Positions 1-7,687 of a stretch of 12,844 nt of DNA are shown here, piece by piece. The notes beneath the pieces were generated by a model. The model saw nothing but the letters and a program-made list of their open reading frames with translations. It did no database searches and was not told the DNA's origin. The position numbers and the translations under genes are program-made. Each line of letters opens with the position of its first letter. Positions within the stretch are counted from its first letter, which is position 1. This DNA comes from a bacterium (GTDB lineage Bacteria; Eisenbacteria; RBG-16-71-46): contig JAYWEM010000037.1 of assembly GCA_043779265.1 (NCBI GenBank), forward strand, positions 1 through 12,844, written 5' to 3'.

Positions 1-1
1 G

Positions 2-46
2 GGGCCGGCGGCACCTGTCCGCCGTAGCCTTGGCGATGGCGGATGA
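2..46 (+). CDS. Possible 3' end of an upstream gene (GPAAPVRRSLGDGG*), truncated by the window edge; identity unknown, could be an ECF sigma factor
   Basis: Frame 2 is open from the window start to a TGA at 44-46 that overlaps the kinase ATG (ATGA), and the kinase has no clear SD of its own. Only 14 codons are visible. Confidence 0.3.
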   Translation, partial: GPAAPVRRSLGDGG

Positions 47-2769
47 CTTCGGAGCGCTGGCAGCGCGTCGGCGCCTTGTTCGATCGCGCGATCGCCGAAG
101 CGCCCGCATCGCGAACCGCCTTCGTACGGGCGTCGGCGGAACCGGTCGACGTTCAGGATGAAGTCCTGGCGCTCGTCGCTTCCCATGACGAGGGCGGCGC
201 CTTCCTGGAACCGGCGGCGTTGCTCGAACCCGGCGCCGAGGTCGGCGCGTATCGCATTGTCCGCATCATCGGGCGCGGCGGCATGGGCGTGGTCTACCTC
301 GCCGAGGACACGCGTCTCCAGCGCCGAGTCGCCATCAAGTTCCTGCCGGATGCCACGAATCGAGACGCGGAGGCCCGCCAGCGATTCCTGGCCGAGGCGC
401 GCGCCGCCTCCGCGCTCGATCATCCGAACGTGTGCGCCATCCATCAGGTGGATGAGACGCCCGATGGCCGCGTGTTCATGGTCATGGGCTTCTACGAGGG
501 CGAGACGCTCGACCGCACGGTGGCGCGCGGTCCGCTGGGTGCGCATCGCGCCATCGAACTGGTGGCGCAGCTGGCGGACGGACTCGCAGCAGCGCATGCG
601 CGCGGCATCGTGCACCGTGACTTGAAGCCCTCGAACCTCATGGTCACGCGAGAGGGCACGCTCAAGATCCTCGACTTCGGCCTCGCGCGCGTCTCGGATG
701 CCGAGGGATTGACTCAGACCGGCACGTCGGTCGGGACGCCGATCTACATGTCGCCCGAGCAGGTGCGCGACTCCAAGGTGGATCACCGTTCCGACCTGTG
801 GTCGAGCGGCGTGGTGTTGTTCGAACTGCTGACGGGCACGCGGCCGTTCACCGGCACGTCACTCGCCGCCATCCTCTATGCCATCGCGCACGATGAGCCC
901 CTCAGGCTCGGAGCGGTGCCGGGCATGCCGACCGCCGGCGCCCAGCGCATCCTCGATCGCTGCTTCCAGAAGGACCCGGCCCGGCGCCATGCCTCGGCCA
1001 CCGAACTGGCCGCCGACCTGCGGAGCGAGGCCGGTCGCCTCGCGGGGTTCGAGGAGGTCGCCACGATGAGCGTGGTCGTGCCCGCACGGAGGCCGAGGCG
1101 GTCGCCGCGCGTGTTGTTCGCCTTCGGAGCGGTCGCCGTGCTCGCGCTCGGCCTCTGGGCCGCGAAGACATGGGTGGATCGGCCGCCGCGAGAGACGCTG
1201 CGCGTGGCGGTGCCCGCCGTGCTCATGCGGGGAGTGAGCGCCGCCGACTCGCTCGAAGCGGACCTCGCGACTTCGAACGTGCAGGGCACTCTTCTGCGAG
1301 AGCTCGCCGGGCTACGTGGTGTCTCGCCTCTCGATGGCTCGGGGCTCGAGGGCGTGTCCCCTTCGCCGCTCGCCATCGCCCACTCGCTGGCGGCGGATGA
1401 GGCGCTGTTCGCCACACTCACGTCGATGCCCGAGGAGTGGCAGGTCTCGCTGCGACGCGTGCGCGTCGCCGATTCGACCGTCGTGTGGGCGAGCGACTTG
1501 ACCGTGGCGCGTCGCCCCGCGCTGGCACTCTCCGACGCGTTGGCGGCACGCCTGCGCCAGGGCTACCCGCAGTTCGTGCCCCGAGCCGGCTCGCGGCGCG
1601 CCACGATCGACGCCGAGGACTACACGGAGTTCGTCGAGTTGTCGCACATCTTCCACACGACGCATGCGCGCGGCATGGACCCGGACGTGTATCGCGACCG
1701 ACTCGAGCGCCTGCTCGGGCGCGCGCCCGGCTTCCTCGGGCTGAGCCTGTTGGATCATGTCTTCGCGATGGATCAGTACGAGACGACACGTGACCCGGCG
1801 ATGCTCGAACGGACCCGCACCGCGGCGGAGCGTGCACGTCGCTTGGCACCCGAGGACCCCCGGCCGCTCATGGCCAGTGTGGATGTGGCGCTGCTCGCCA
1901 GCGACACGTTGGCGGCGCGCGAGTGGCTCTCGCGACTCCGCGAGGTCGCGCCGGGCGATGCCGACGTCGAGTTCCGCGAGGCTCGCCTGCTCGAGAGCAT
2001 GGGACGGACCGATGCCGCGCGGACGCGCCTCGAGGCGCTCGTGCGCCGTCGTCCGGTCCGGCTCTATTACGAGCGACTGGCGCGCCTCGAGTACCAGAGC
2101 GGTCGCTACGATCAGGCGCGAGAACACCTGCAGCTGCTGCTGCGGCGCTACCCTGACTATGTCTTCCCGCGCTCGTATCTGGCCCAACTCGAGTTGCTCT
2201 ACGGAAGTCCCGTCCGCGCCGAGAGCCTGTACACCTCTCTCGCGGGGCGCTACCCGCGCCTGGTCTACCTGTCGAATCTGGCGCTCGCCCAGATGTTGAA
2301 CGGCAAGTACGCGGCCGCGATCGCGAATCTCGAGCGGGCGCTCGTGCAGAATCCGGCGAATGCCGATGTGCGGATCAACCTGGCCGATTGCCTTCAGTTG
2401 TCGGGCGACCGCGCGCGCGCGGCCGAGATCTATCGCGAGATCCTCGCGGACGCCGAACGCGAGGCGGATCGTGACAGCCCCTCCAGTCTGCTGCGACGCG
2501 CCCAGTGTCTGGCTCATCTCGGAAGGGCCGAGCCCGCGGTGGCCGCGGTGCAGCAGGCGCTCCGCACGAGTGGGGACGATCCCGATGCGTTGTTCCAGGC
2601 CGCGCTCGTCTATGGCCTGACGGGGGAGCGCGTCTCGGCGCTGGCGACCGCACGGCGCGCGGTCGAGGCCGGCTTGCAGCCGCGCTGGCTCTCGCTGCCC
2701 TGGTTCGACGCCCTGCGGACGGATGCCGTGTTCGACTCGCTCGTCACGGGCGCGAGCGGATCGCGCTGA
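43..2769 (+). CDS. Transmembrane Hanks-type serine/threonine protein kinase with C-terminal TPR repeats (908 aa)
   Basis: Kinase motifs GRGGMGVVY, VAIK, HRDLKPSN, DFG, GTPIYMSPE, DLWSSG. Basic stretch then a TM helix (VLFAFGAVAVLALGLWAA, about nt 1111-1164), then an alpha/beta segment and many TPR-like helical hairpins (e.g. YLSNLALAQMLNGKYAAAIANLERALVQNPANADVRINLADCLQLSG). Confidence 0.95.
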   Translation: MTSERWQRVGALFDRAIAEAPASRTAFVRASAEPVDVQDEVLALVASHDEGGAFLEPAALLEPGAEVGAYRIVRIIGRGGMGVVYLAEDTRLQRRVAIKFLPDATNRDAEARQRFLAEARAASALDHPNVCAIHQVDETPDGRVFMVMGFYEGETLDRTVARGPLGAHRAIELVAQLADGLAAAHARGIVHRDLKPSNLMVTREGTLKILDFGLARVSDAEGLTQTGTSVGTPIYMSPEQVRDSKVDHRSDLWSSGVVLFELLTGTRPFTGTSLAAILYAIAHDEPLRLGAVPGMPTAGAQRILDRCFQKDPARRHASATELAADLRSEAGRLAGFEEVATMSVVVPARRPRRSPRVLFAFGAVAVLALGLWAAKTWVDRPPRETLRVAVPAVLMRGVSAADSLEADLATSNVQGTLLRELAGLRGVSPLDGSGLEGVSPSPLAIAHSLAADEALFATLTSMPEEWQVSLRRVRVADSTVVWASDLTVARRPALALSDALAARLRQGYPQFVPRAGSRRATIDAEDYTEFVELSHIFHTTHARGMDPDVYRDRLERLLGRAPGFLGLSLLDHVFAMDQYETTRDPAMLERTRTAAERARRLAPEDPRPLMASVDVALLASDTLAAREWLSRLREVAPGDADVEFREARLLESMGRTDAARTRLEALVRRRPVRLYYERLARLEYQSGRYDQAREHLQLLLRRYPDYVFPRSYLAQLELLYGSPVRAESLYTSLAGRYPRLVYLSNLALAQMLNGKYAAAIANLERALVQNPANADVRINLADCLQLSGDRARAAEIYREILADAEREADRDSPSSLLRRAQCLAHLGRAEPAVAAVQQALRTSGDDPDALFQAALVYGLTGERVSALATARRAVEAGLQPRWLSLPWFDALRTDAVFDSLVTGASGSR

Positions 2770-2788
2770 CCGCTTCGGCGCGAACAGC

Positions 2789-2823
2789 GCGTGCCGACCG
2801 CGCTCGGTGCGCGGCCGGCACGC
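2789..2823 (-). terminator. GC-rich hairpin just downstream of the minus-strand DP-EP-like gene, between convergent genes
   Basis: Minus strand GCGTGCCG-G-CCGCGC / loop ACCGA / GCGCGG-T-CGGCACGC: 15 bp stem with one G-U pair, 7 nt after the TGA. No real U tract. Confidence 0.5.
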
Positions 2824-2830
2824 CGGTCGA

Positions 2831-3319
2831 TCAGACGGGGCCGGAGCCGCCGCCGTCGTTGATGATGCGCGGATCGCTGCCCGCGCACTGCAACGTGGAC
2901 GGATTCACGACGAGGATGCCGTAGTCGAACGTCAGCGTGTTGGCGCCCTGATTGTTGTCCGTCACCGTGATCTTCTTGTTGGTGTCGGCGAACACGACGC
3001 CGTCGATCCCATCGGCGCCATTGGGATAGCCGATCAACGAGAACTTGAGCAGCTGCCATCCGCTCGTGCTGTTGTTCGAGAGGTCGAACTTGATCTTGGC
3101 GTTCGTCTTGGACGGCATCTCGATCGGGTCGAGCGAGTAGCTGAAGTTGCCGGTGCACACCGCGTACGTGACGCCGTTCACGGTCAACGACTGCGCCGGC
3201 GTGACCGCGACCGGCGAGGTGAACGTGACGGTGCAGCTCTTGTCGCTGGGGTCTCCCGCGGCTGCGGCTGCCATCGCGGGCGTGCGGACGATCTGACTGT
3301 GAACGAGGGTGGTCGGCAT
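2831..3319 (-). CDS. Small beta-rich protein with C-terminal SDPRIIN motif, DP-EP (DUF1888)-like putative Asp-Pro self-cleaving protein (162 aa)
   Basis: Strong SD AGGAGG (3324-3329) before ATG at 3319, so the real start is well inside the 235-aa ORF call. Composition is Thr/Asn/Ser/Val-rich with GC3-biased codons. Ends ...KKITVTDNN...FDYGILV...GSDPRIINDGGGSGPV, matching the remembered DP-EP pattern (ITxTDxN ... DPxIxN). Family assignment is from motif recall, not a search. Confidence 0.8.
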   Translation of the reverse strand: MPTTLVHSQIVRTPAMAAAAAGDPSDKSCTVTFTSPVAVTPAQSLTVNGVTYAVCTGNFSYSLDPIEMPSKTNAKIKFDLSNNSTSGWQLLKFSLIGYPNGADGIDGVVFADTNKKITVTDNNQGANTLTFDYGILVVNPSTLQCAGSDPRIINDGGGSGPV

Positions 3320-3589
3320 GACTCCTCCTGGGTCCGAGAGGGTGCGGCTCGATCGCAGGGCGGGGGCCCCAGAGCCGCGGGTGCGGTGCCGAACTCCGTT
3401 TCGGGCACGCGGTGGGGGAACTGAGCGCGACGTTACTCCCCGCTCTCTCGAGCGACAAGAGTTGTTCGAACCCGCTTCGCCAGGATCAAGTTCAGGGCCG
3501 TTCGGGCCGATGATCCGGGCAGCCTCGGGACGCCGCATCCGGCGTCCGTGGCGGCCCCCTCGGATGACCCCAACGGACGGAGTCCATCC

Positions 3590-4450
3590 ATGCGGCTGCC
3601 CCGCATCGCCCCTCGACTGTCATTCGCGCTCGCACTGGCCTCGATCGCCTCGCTGAGCCCGCTGCCCCGTATCGCCCACGCCGCCGCTGCTCCCCCTGCG
3701 CCGGCGCCTCCCGATGACTTCCATGTGTCGTTGTTCGTGGCGCAGCAGATCGATCGCTTCAACGCCGGACTCGCGGCTTCGCAGAACGCCGTCGCCGCCG
3801 GCGGCATGGTGATGGGCGTCGACGTCGATACGCGCATCGCCGAGATCCCCGTCGGCAAGAAGGGCAGCGCTCGCCCGATCATCAGCTTCACCGGGCGCAT
3901 GCTCGCGGGCGAGCGCGTGCTCGCTCAGAGCGTCGCGACCGCCATCGACACGCTCACCGGTATCGCACCCGACTCGATCGAGGTGTTCCCGGATGCCAAG
4001 GCCATCGAGATGCTGGCGGGGCTGCGCATCGCCTACCCGATCCAGATGCACGCGGGCGTGCCACAGGTGGCGGTCTACTTCGCGGCCGAGACCGGCGCGA
4101 CGTTCGCCGAGCACACGACCGGCGATCTGCTGTCGACCACGCGCTATGGCCTTGGCTTCGAGCGCATGGCGGGCACGTTCGCCGGTTCTCGCGTCGAGGT
4201 GCTCACCGGGAGCAATGAGAACTTCGGCGCGAACCACGCCAGCGGCCGCTACACAGTGCATGTGCTGATCAAGGGGTCGCTGGCGGCCACCGAGGGCGCC
4301 ACGATGAGTCGCAGCCACCTGGGCGCATTCGTCGAGCTGGAGGTGGACACCGATAACAAGGGTGGCCCCGACGGTGTGCGTGCGCTGATGGGGCTGACGC
4401 TCGATGGCGATGGCGTTTTCGCCGCGGTACGGGGGCTTCTCGGCATGTGA
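3590..4450 (+). CDS. Secreted hypothetical protein, beta-strand rich, possibly outer-membrane associated (286 aa)
   Basis: GGAG at 3579-3582 before ATG 3590. Sec signal peptide MRLPRIAPRLSFALALASIASLSPLPRIAHA, Pro/Ala linker, then alternating hydrophobic strands (YGLGFER, RVEVLTG, YTVHVLI, FVELEVD, MGLTLD). Confidence 0.75.
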   Translation: MRLPRIAPRLSFALALASIASLSPLPRIAHAAAAPPAPAPPDDFHVSLFVAQQIDRFNAGLAASQNAVAAGGMVMGVDVDTRIAEIPVGKKGSARPIISFTGRMLAGERVLAQSVATAIDTLTGIAPDSIEVFPDAKAIEMLAGLRIAYPIQMHAGVPQVAVYFAAETGATFAEHTTGDLLSTTRYGLGFERMAGTFAGSRVEVLTGSNENFGANHASGRYTVHVLIKGSLAATEGATMSRSHLGAFVELEVDTDNKGGPDGVRALMGLTLDGDGVFAAVRGLLGM

Positions 4451-4460
4451 GCCTCTCGGG

Positions 4461-4487
4461 CGCAACTCCAGGGCGGCGGCAGCCGTA
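4461..4487 (+). promoter_or_regulatory. Putative ECF-sigma promoter for the ABC transporter operon
   Basis: CGCAAC (4461-4466) - 17 nt - CGTA (4484-4487), the AAC/CGT pattern typical of ECF promoters, about 26 nt upstream of the ATG. SD GGGAGG at 4502-4507. Confidence 0.45.
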
Positions 4488-4513
4488 TCCGGGGTGACCC
4501 CGGGAGGCCTTGA

Positions 4514-5398
4514 ATGCAGCTCGTCATCGAGGATGTCGGTAAGCATTATGCCGGGCGCGGTTGGGCGCTTGATGGCGTCTCACTGACGCTCACCCCCGGC
4601 CTGACCGGTCTGCTCGGCCCCAACGGCGCGGGCAAGTCCACGCTGATGCGGATTCTGGCCGCGCTGACCCGTCCCACCCGTGGCCGCGTCACCTGGGACG
4701 GTGTCGACCTCGCGCGCGATCCCGATCGCATGCGCGCCGTGCTCGGCTACCTGCCGCAGGACTTCGGCGTCTACCCGCACCTGACGGCGGTCGAGTTCCT
4801 CGAGTACATCGCGGCCGCCAAGGGACTCGAGCCCTCGAGCGCCAAGCAGCGCATCGTCGCGCTGCTCGAGATGGTGGGCTTGGCCGAGCCGAGGAATCGT
4901 CCACTCGGTGGCTACTCGGGAGGCATGCGGCAGCGCGTCGGTATCGCGCAGGCGTTGCTCAACGACCCGCAGCTGTTGATCGTCGACGAGCCGACCGCCG
5001 GACTCGACCCGGAGGAGCGGGTGCGTTTCAGGAACCTGCTGCTGGATCTCGCGGGCGATCGCATCGTGCTATTCTCGACGCACATCGTCTCGGATATCGA
5101 GGCGGCGGCCGAGCGGATCGCCGTGCTCGCCGAGGGGCGCATCATCGCCGACGGCACGGCGGAGTCGCTGCTCGCCGAGGCTGCCGGGCATGTGTGGGAT
5201 GTCGCGCTCGCCCCCGATCAGCTCGCGTCGTTCCGAGAGCGCCATCGCCTGGGCACCACGCAGCGTCGCGGCGACTCGATCGTGGCCCGGGTGGTGAGCG
5301 AGGACGCTCCGCATCCGCACGCGCGAGCGGTCACGCCGAATCTCGAGGACGCCTACCTCTGGCACCTCGATCGCGCCCGCTCCACCTCGAACGCCTGA
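4514..5398 (+). CDS. ABC transporter ATP-binding protein (ABC-2 / DrrA-like exporter family)
   Basis: Walker A GPNGAGKST, Q-loop GYLPQ, signature YSGGMRQR, Walker B LLIVDEPTAGLD, H-loop STH, C-terminal PNLEDAYL. SD GGGAGG upstream. Confidence 0.96.
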   Translation: MQLVIEDVGKHYAGRGWALDGVSLTLTPGLTGLLGPNGAGKSTLMRILAALTRPTRGRVTWDGVDLARDPDRMRAVLGYLPQDFGVYPHLTAVEFLEYIAAAKGLEPSSAKQRIVALLEMVGLAEPRNRPLGGYSGGMRQRVGIAQALLNDPQLLIVDEPTAGLDPEERVRFRNLLLDLAGDRIVLFSTHIVSDIEAAAERIAVLAEGRIIADGTAESLLAEAAGHVWDVALAPDQLASFRERHRLGTTQRRGDSIVARVVSEDAPHPHARAVTPNLEDAYLWHLDRARSTSNA

Positions 5399-5408
5399 AG
5401 CCGGATCG

Positions 5409-7001
5409 ATGCGTCTACTTCGGCTCGCCTGGGCGGATGTGCTGGAGCGGACGCGGCAGCCCGGCTATCTCATCTCGCTGCTCGTGATGGTGTGGCTGGG
5501 CCACGGGATGCTGCCCGGCGACGGTGCGGGCTATCGTACGTTCGTCGTCAGTCAATCGTTCCGCCCGAGCTACGGTGCCGAGTGGGTGGGGTCGCTGAGC
5601 GCGATCCTGACCAGCATGTACCTGCTGTTCGTGGGCTTCTATCTCGTGAGAGGGACGATCGAGCGCGATCGTCGCTTCGGCGTCGGCGCCATCCTCGCCA
5701 CCTGCCGCATGGGCAAGCTCACCTACCTCGCATCCAAGGCGCTCAGCCACGTGATCGTCCTGATGAGCATGGCGACGGTCGTGATGCTCGCCGCGATCGT
5801 CACCCAGCAGATCCGCGCCGAGGACCCGAGGATCGACGTGTGGGCGAGCGCGGTGCCGTTCCTCATGCTCACGCTGCCGGTGGCACTGTTCGTCTCGGCC
5901 AGCGCCGTTCTGTTCGACAGCACGCCGGTGATCCGAGGCGGCGCTGGGAATGTCGTCTGGTTCGCGCTCCTCGTCGCCCTCATCGCCTCCAGCGGCCCGG
6001 ACGCCACCCGAGCGCCCGGATACCGCGATCTCGTCGGCGCGCGCCTGGTCGCGGCCTCGGTACGGGAGACGGCGGCGAACACCTACCCGGAGGCGCGATC
6101 CGACACGACGATGCTCAGCATGGGGGTCAACGTGAATCCCAAGTGGCGTGAGCATCCCGCCCGACGATTCGAGTGGCGAGGCGTCCGCTGGGAGGGTGAG
6201 CCGGCGCTGGCCCGTGGCTTCTGGGTGCTGATCTCTCTTGGCGTGATGAGCGTGTCGGTGTTCCCGTTCGATCGATTCGAGCACTCCTCGGGTTCACTCG
6301 CGATGCGACTGCCGAGGATGCGTCGGCGCGATCTCGCCGCGCCGCCGGTCAATGCGGGTCGATTGGTCGCCTCCGGCGCACTGCCGCTGGCGGCACGCGC
6401 CTTCCGGTTCCATGCCCTGTTCCGGGCCGAGCTGGTTCTGATGTTCCGCGGGCAGCGGTGGTGGTGGTACGCGGGAGCACTCGCGCTCCTGATCACCGGT
6501 CTCGTGACCCCGCTCGCGGCGGTTCGCCAGGTGGTGCTGCCGCTCGCCTCGTTCTGGCCCGTGTTCGTGTGGTCGGCACTCGGTCACCGCGAGGTGCGCG
6601 ACGAGGTCGCGAGCGTGGTGTTCTCGTGCGCCCGGCCGCTGCATCGCATGCTGCCCGCCACCTGGCTCGCCGGCGCGAGTGTCGCGCTCGTGCTCGGGGC
6701 GAGCGGCGTGATCCGCCTCGCCCTGGCGGGGGAGTGGGCCGCGGTCGCCGGCTGGTTCGTGTGTGCCCTGCTCGCGCCGCTGCTTGCGATCGCCTGCGGC
6801 GCATGGTCGGGCGGCGGCCGGCTGTTCGAGGTGTTGTGGCTGTTCGCGTGGTATCTCGGGCCGATGAATCGCGTCGAGTTCGCCGACTACACCGGCGTCG
6901 CGGTCACACGCAGCCCGGCCACCTGGCTCGGCTACGCGGTGTTGCTGGTGGGCCTGGCCGCGCTCGCTGCCTGGGGCAGATCCCGTCAGCTGACGCGGTG
7001 A
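5409..7001 (+). CDS. ABC-2 type permease with two fused transmembrane domains (530 aa)
   Basis: 10 nt downstream of the ATPase. About 12 hydrophobic segments in two blocks, each with a coupling-helix-like motif (IERDRRFGVGAILAT; GHREVRDEVASVVFS). Confidence 0.85.
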   Translation: MRLLRLAWADVLERTRQPGYLISLLVMVWLGHGMLPGDGAGYRTFVVSQSFRPSYGAEWVGSLSAILTSMYLLFVGFYLVRGTIERDRRFGVGAILATCRMGKLTYLASKALSHVIVLMSMATVVMLAAIVTQQIRAEDPRIDVWASAVPFLMLTLPVALFVSASAVLFDSTPVIRGGAGNVVWFALLVALIASSGPDATRAPGYRDLVGARLVAASVRETAANTYPEARSDTTMLSMGVNVNPKWREHPARRFEWRGVRWEGEPALARGFWVLISLGVMSVSVFPFDRFEHSSGSLAMRLPRMRRRDLAAPPVNAGRLVASGALPLAARAFRFHALFRAELVLMFRGQRWWWYAGALALLITGLVTPLAAVRQVVLPLASFWPVFVWSALGHREVRDEVASVVFSCARPLHRMLPATWLAGASVALVLGASGVIRLALAGEWAAVAGWFVCALLAPLLAIACGAWSGGGRLFEVLWLFAWYLGPMNRVEFADYTGVAVTRSPATWLGYAVLLVGLAALAAWGRSRQLTR

Positions 7002-7026
7002 TCCGTCACACCGAGCGAGTCGAGGG

Positions 7027-7494
7027 TCACTCGAGCGCGAGCCGCATGACCACCTCGCCGTCCTCGATCACCCCGGTGGGTGTGAATCCGAGCTTGCGGT
7101 AGAAAGGCTCGGGCGAGCCCTCGCCCGGGTTGTAGCTGAGCGTGAGTTCGGTCGCTCCGAGGCCGCGCACGTGGGCGATCACCAGCTGGAGGGCCGCAGC
7201 ACCGATGCCGCGGCCCTGCTGGCGGTGATCGATGAGGAATCGCCACAGGTAGTACTCCGGCACCTCGGGCTTCACGCTCAGCATGACGAAGCCCGCCGGC
7301 TCGCCTGCGGCCGCGATGCCCCGGAACCACGCTTCGGGTGCGAAATGCGCTTGCGCGATGCTGATCGGCACGCTGGCGACGAACTGCGTCTGCTCGGGCG
7401 AGACCGCGAGCGAGCACCAACTGCGGACGTCCGCGCCGGTGATCTCGACGAGCGTGACGACGGGGGGCTGAGGTCCATCCGAGGGTGTCGGCAT
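7027..7494 (-). CDS. GNAT family N-acetyltransferase (spermidine/diamine acetyltransferase-like)
   Basis: LAVSPEQTQFVA...SIAQA, YLWRFLID, acetyl-CoA motif QQGRGIG, C-terminal FYRKLGF. Confidence 0.92.
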   Translation of the reverse strand: MPTPSDGPQPPVVTLVEITGADVRSWCSLAVSPEQTQFVASVPISIAQAHFAPEAWFRGIAAAGEPAGFVMLSVKPEVPEYYLWRFLIDHRQQGRGIGAAALQLVIAHVRGLGATELTLSYNPGEGSPEPFYRKLGFTPTGVIEDGEVVMRLALE

Positions 7495-7500
7495 CGAGCG

Positions 7501-7530
7501 AGCCTAGGCGAACGCCTGAACCGGCTTCAA
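7501..7530 (-). promoter_or_regulatory. Putative sigma70 promoter giving a leaderless GNAT mRNA
   Basis: Minus strand TTGAAG - 18 nt - TAGGCT - 6 nt - ATG; no SD before the ATG. Confidence 0.55.
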
Positions 7531-7613
7531 GCCCGGACTCCCCGGCACGGCGGTCAGCCCGTCAGCGAGCCCCATCTCGCTGGAAACAGCGCGGATAGCC
7601 CCTCGAGCCGGCC

Positions 7614-7641
7614 TCAAGCGGAAGCGCTTCGGGGCCGATAA
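7614..7641 (+). promoter_or_regulatory. Putative sigma28 (FliA/WhiG family) promoter for the HEAT / HD-GYP operon
   Basis: TCAAG (7614-7618) - 15 nt - GCCGATAA (7634-7641). The -10 is the exact sigma28 consensus; the spacer is about 1 nt longer than the usual consensus. SD GGAGGAG at 7671-7677. Confidence 0.6.
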
Positions 7642-7687
7642 CCCGGCCGAGTCGTTTCGTGCGAGCCCACGGAGGAGTTCGAGCGCG

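Noticed and set aside
3376..3392. Possible sigma54 promoter for the DP-EP-like gene (minus strand CGGCACCGCACCCGC)
   Set aside because: GG-N10-GC spacing is right but the -12 element lacks TTGC/TGC and the -24 lacks the T; too weak in GC-rich DNA.
2610..3458. 282-aa minus-strand and 233-aa plus-strand ORFs overlapping the DP-EP-like gene
   Set aside because: Arg/His/Gln-rich off-frame or antisense translations with no SD; the DP-EP-like frame has protein-like composition.
2831..3538. 235-aa version of the minus-strand ORF
   Set aside because: The extra 73 N-terminal residues are low-complexity Arg/Pro/Gly intergenic translation; a strong SD supports the ATG at 3319.
3548..3589. GTG start for the secreted protein (300 aa)
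   Set aside because: ATG 3590 has a GGAG SD and puts the signal peptide at the N-terminus.
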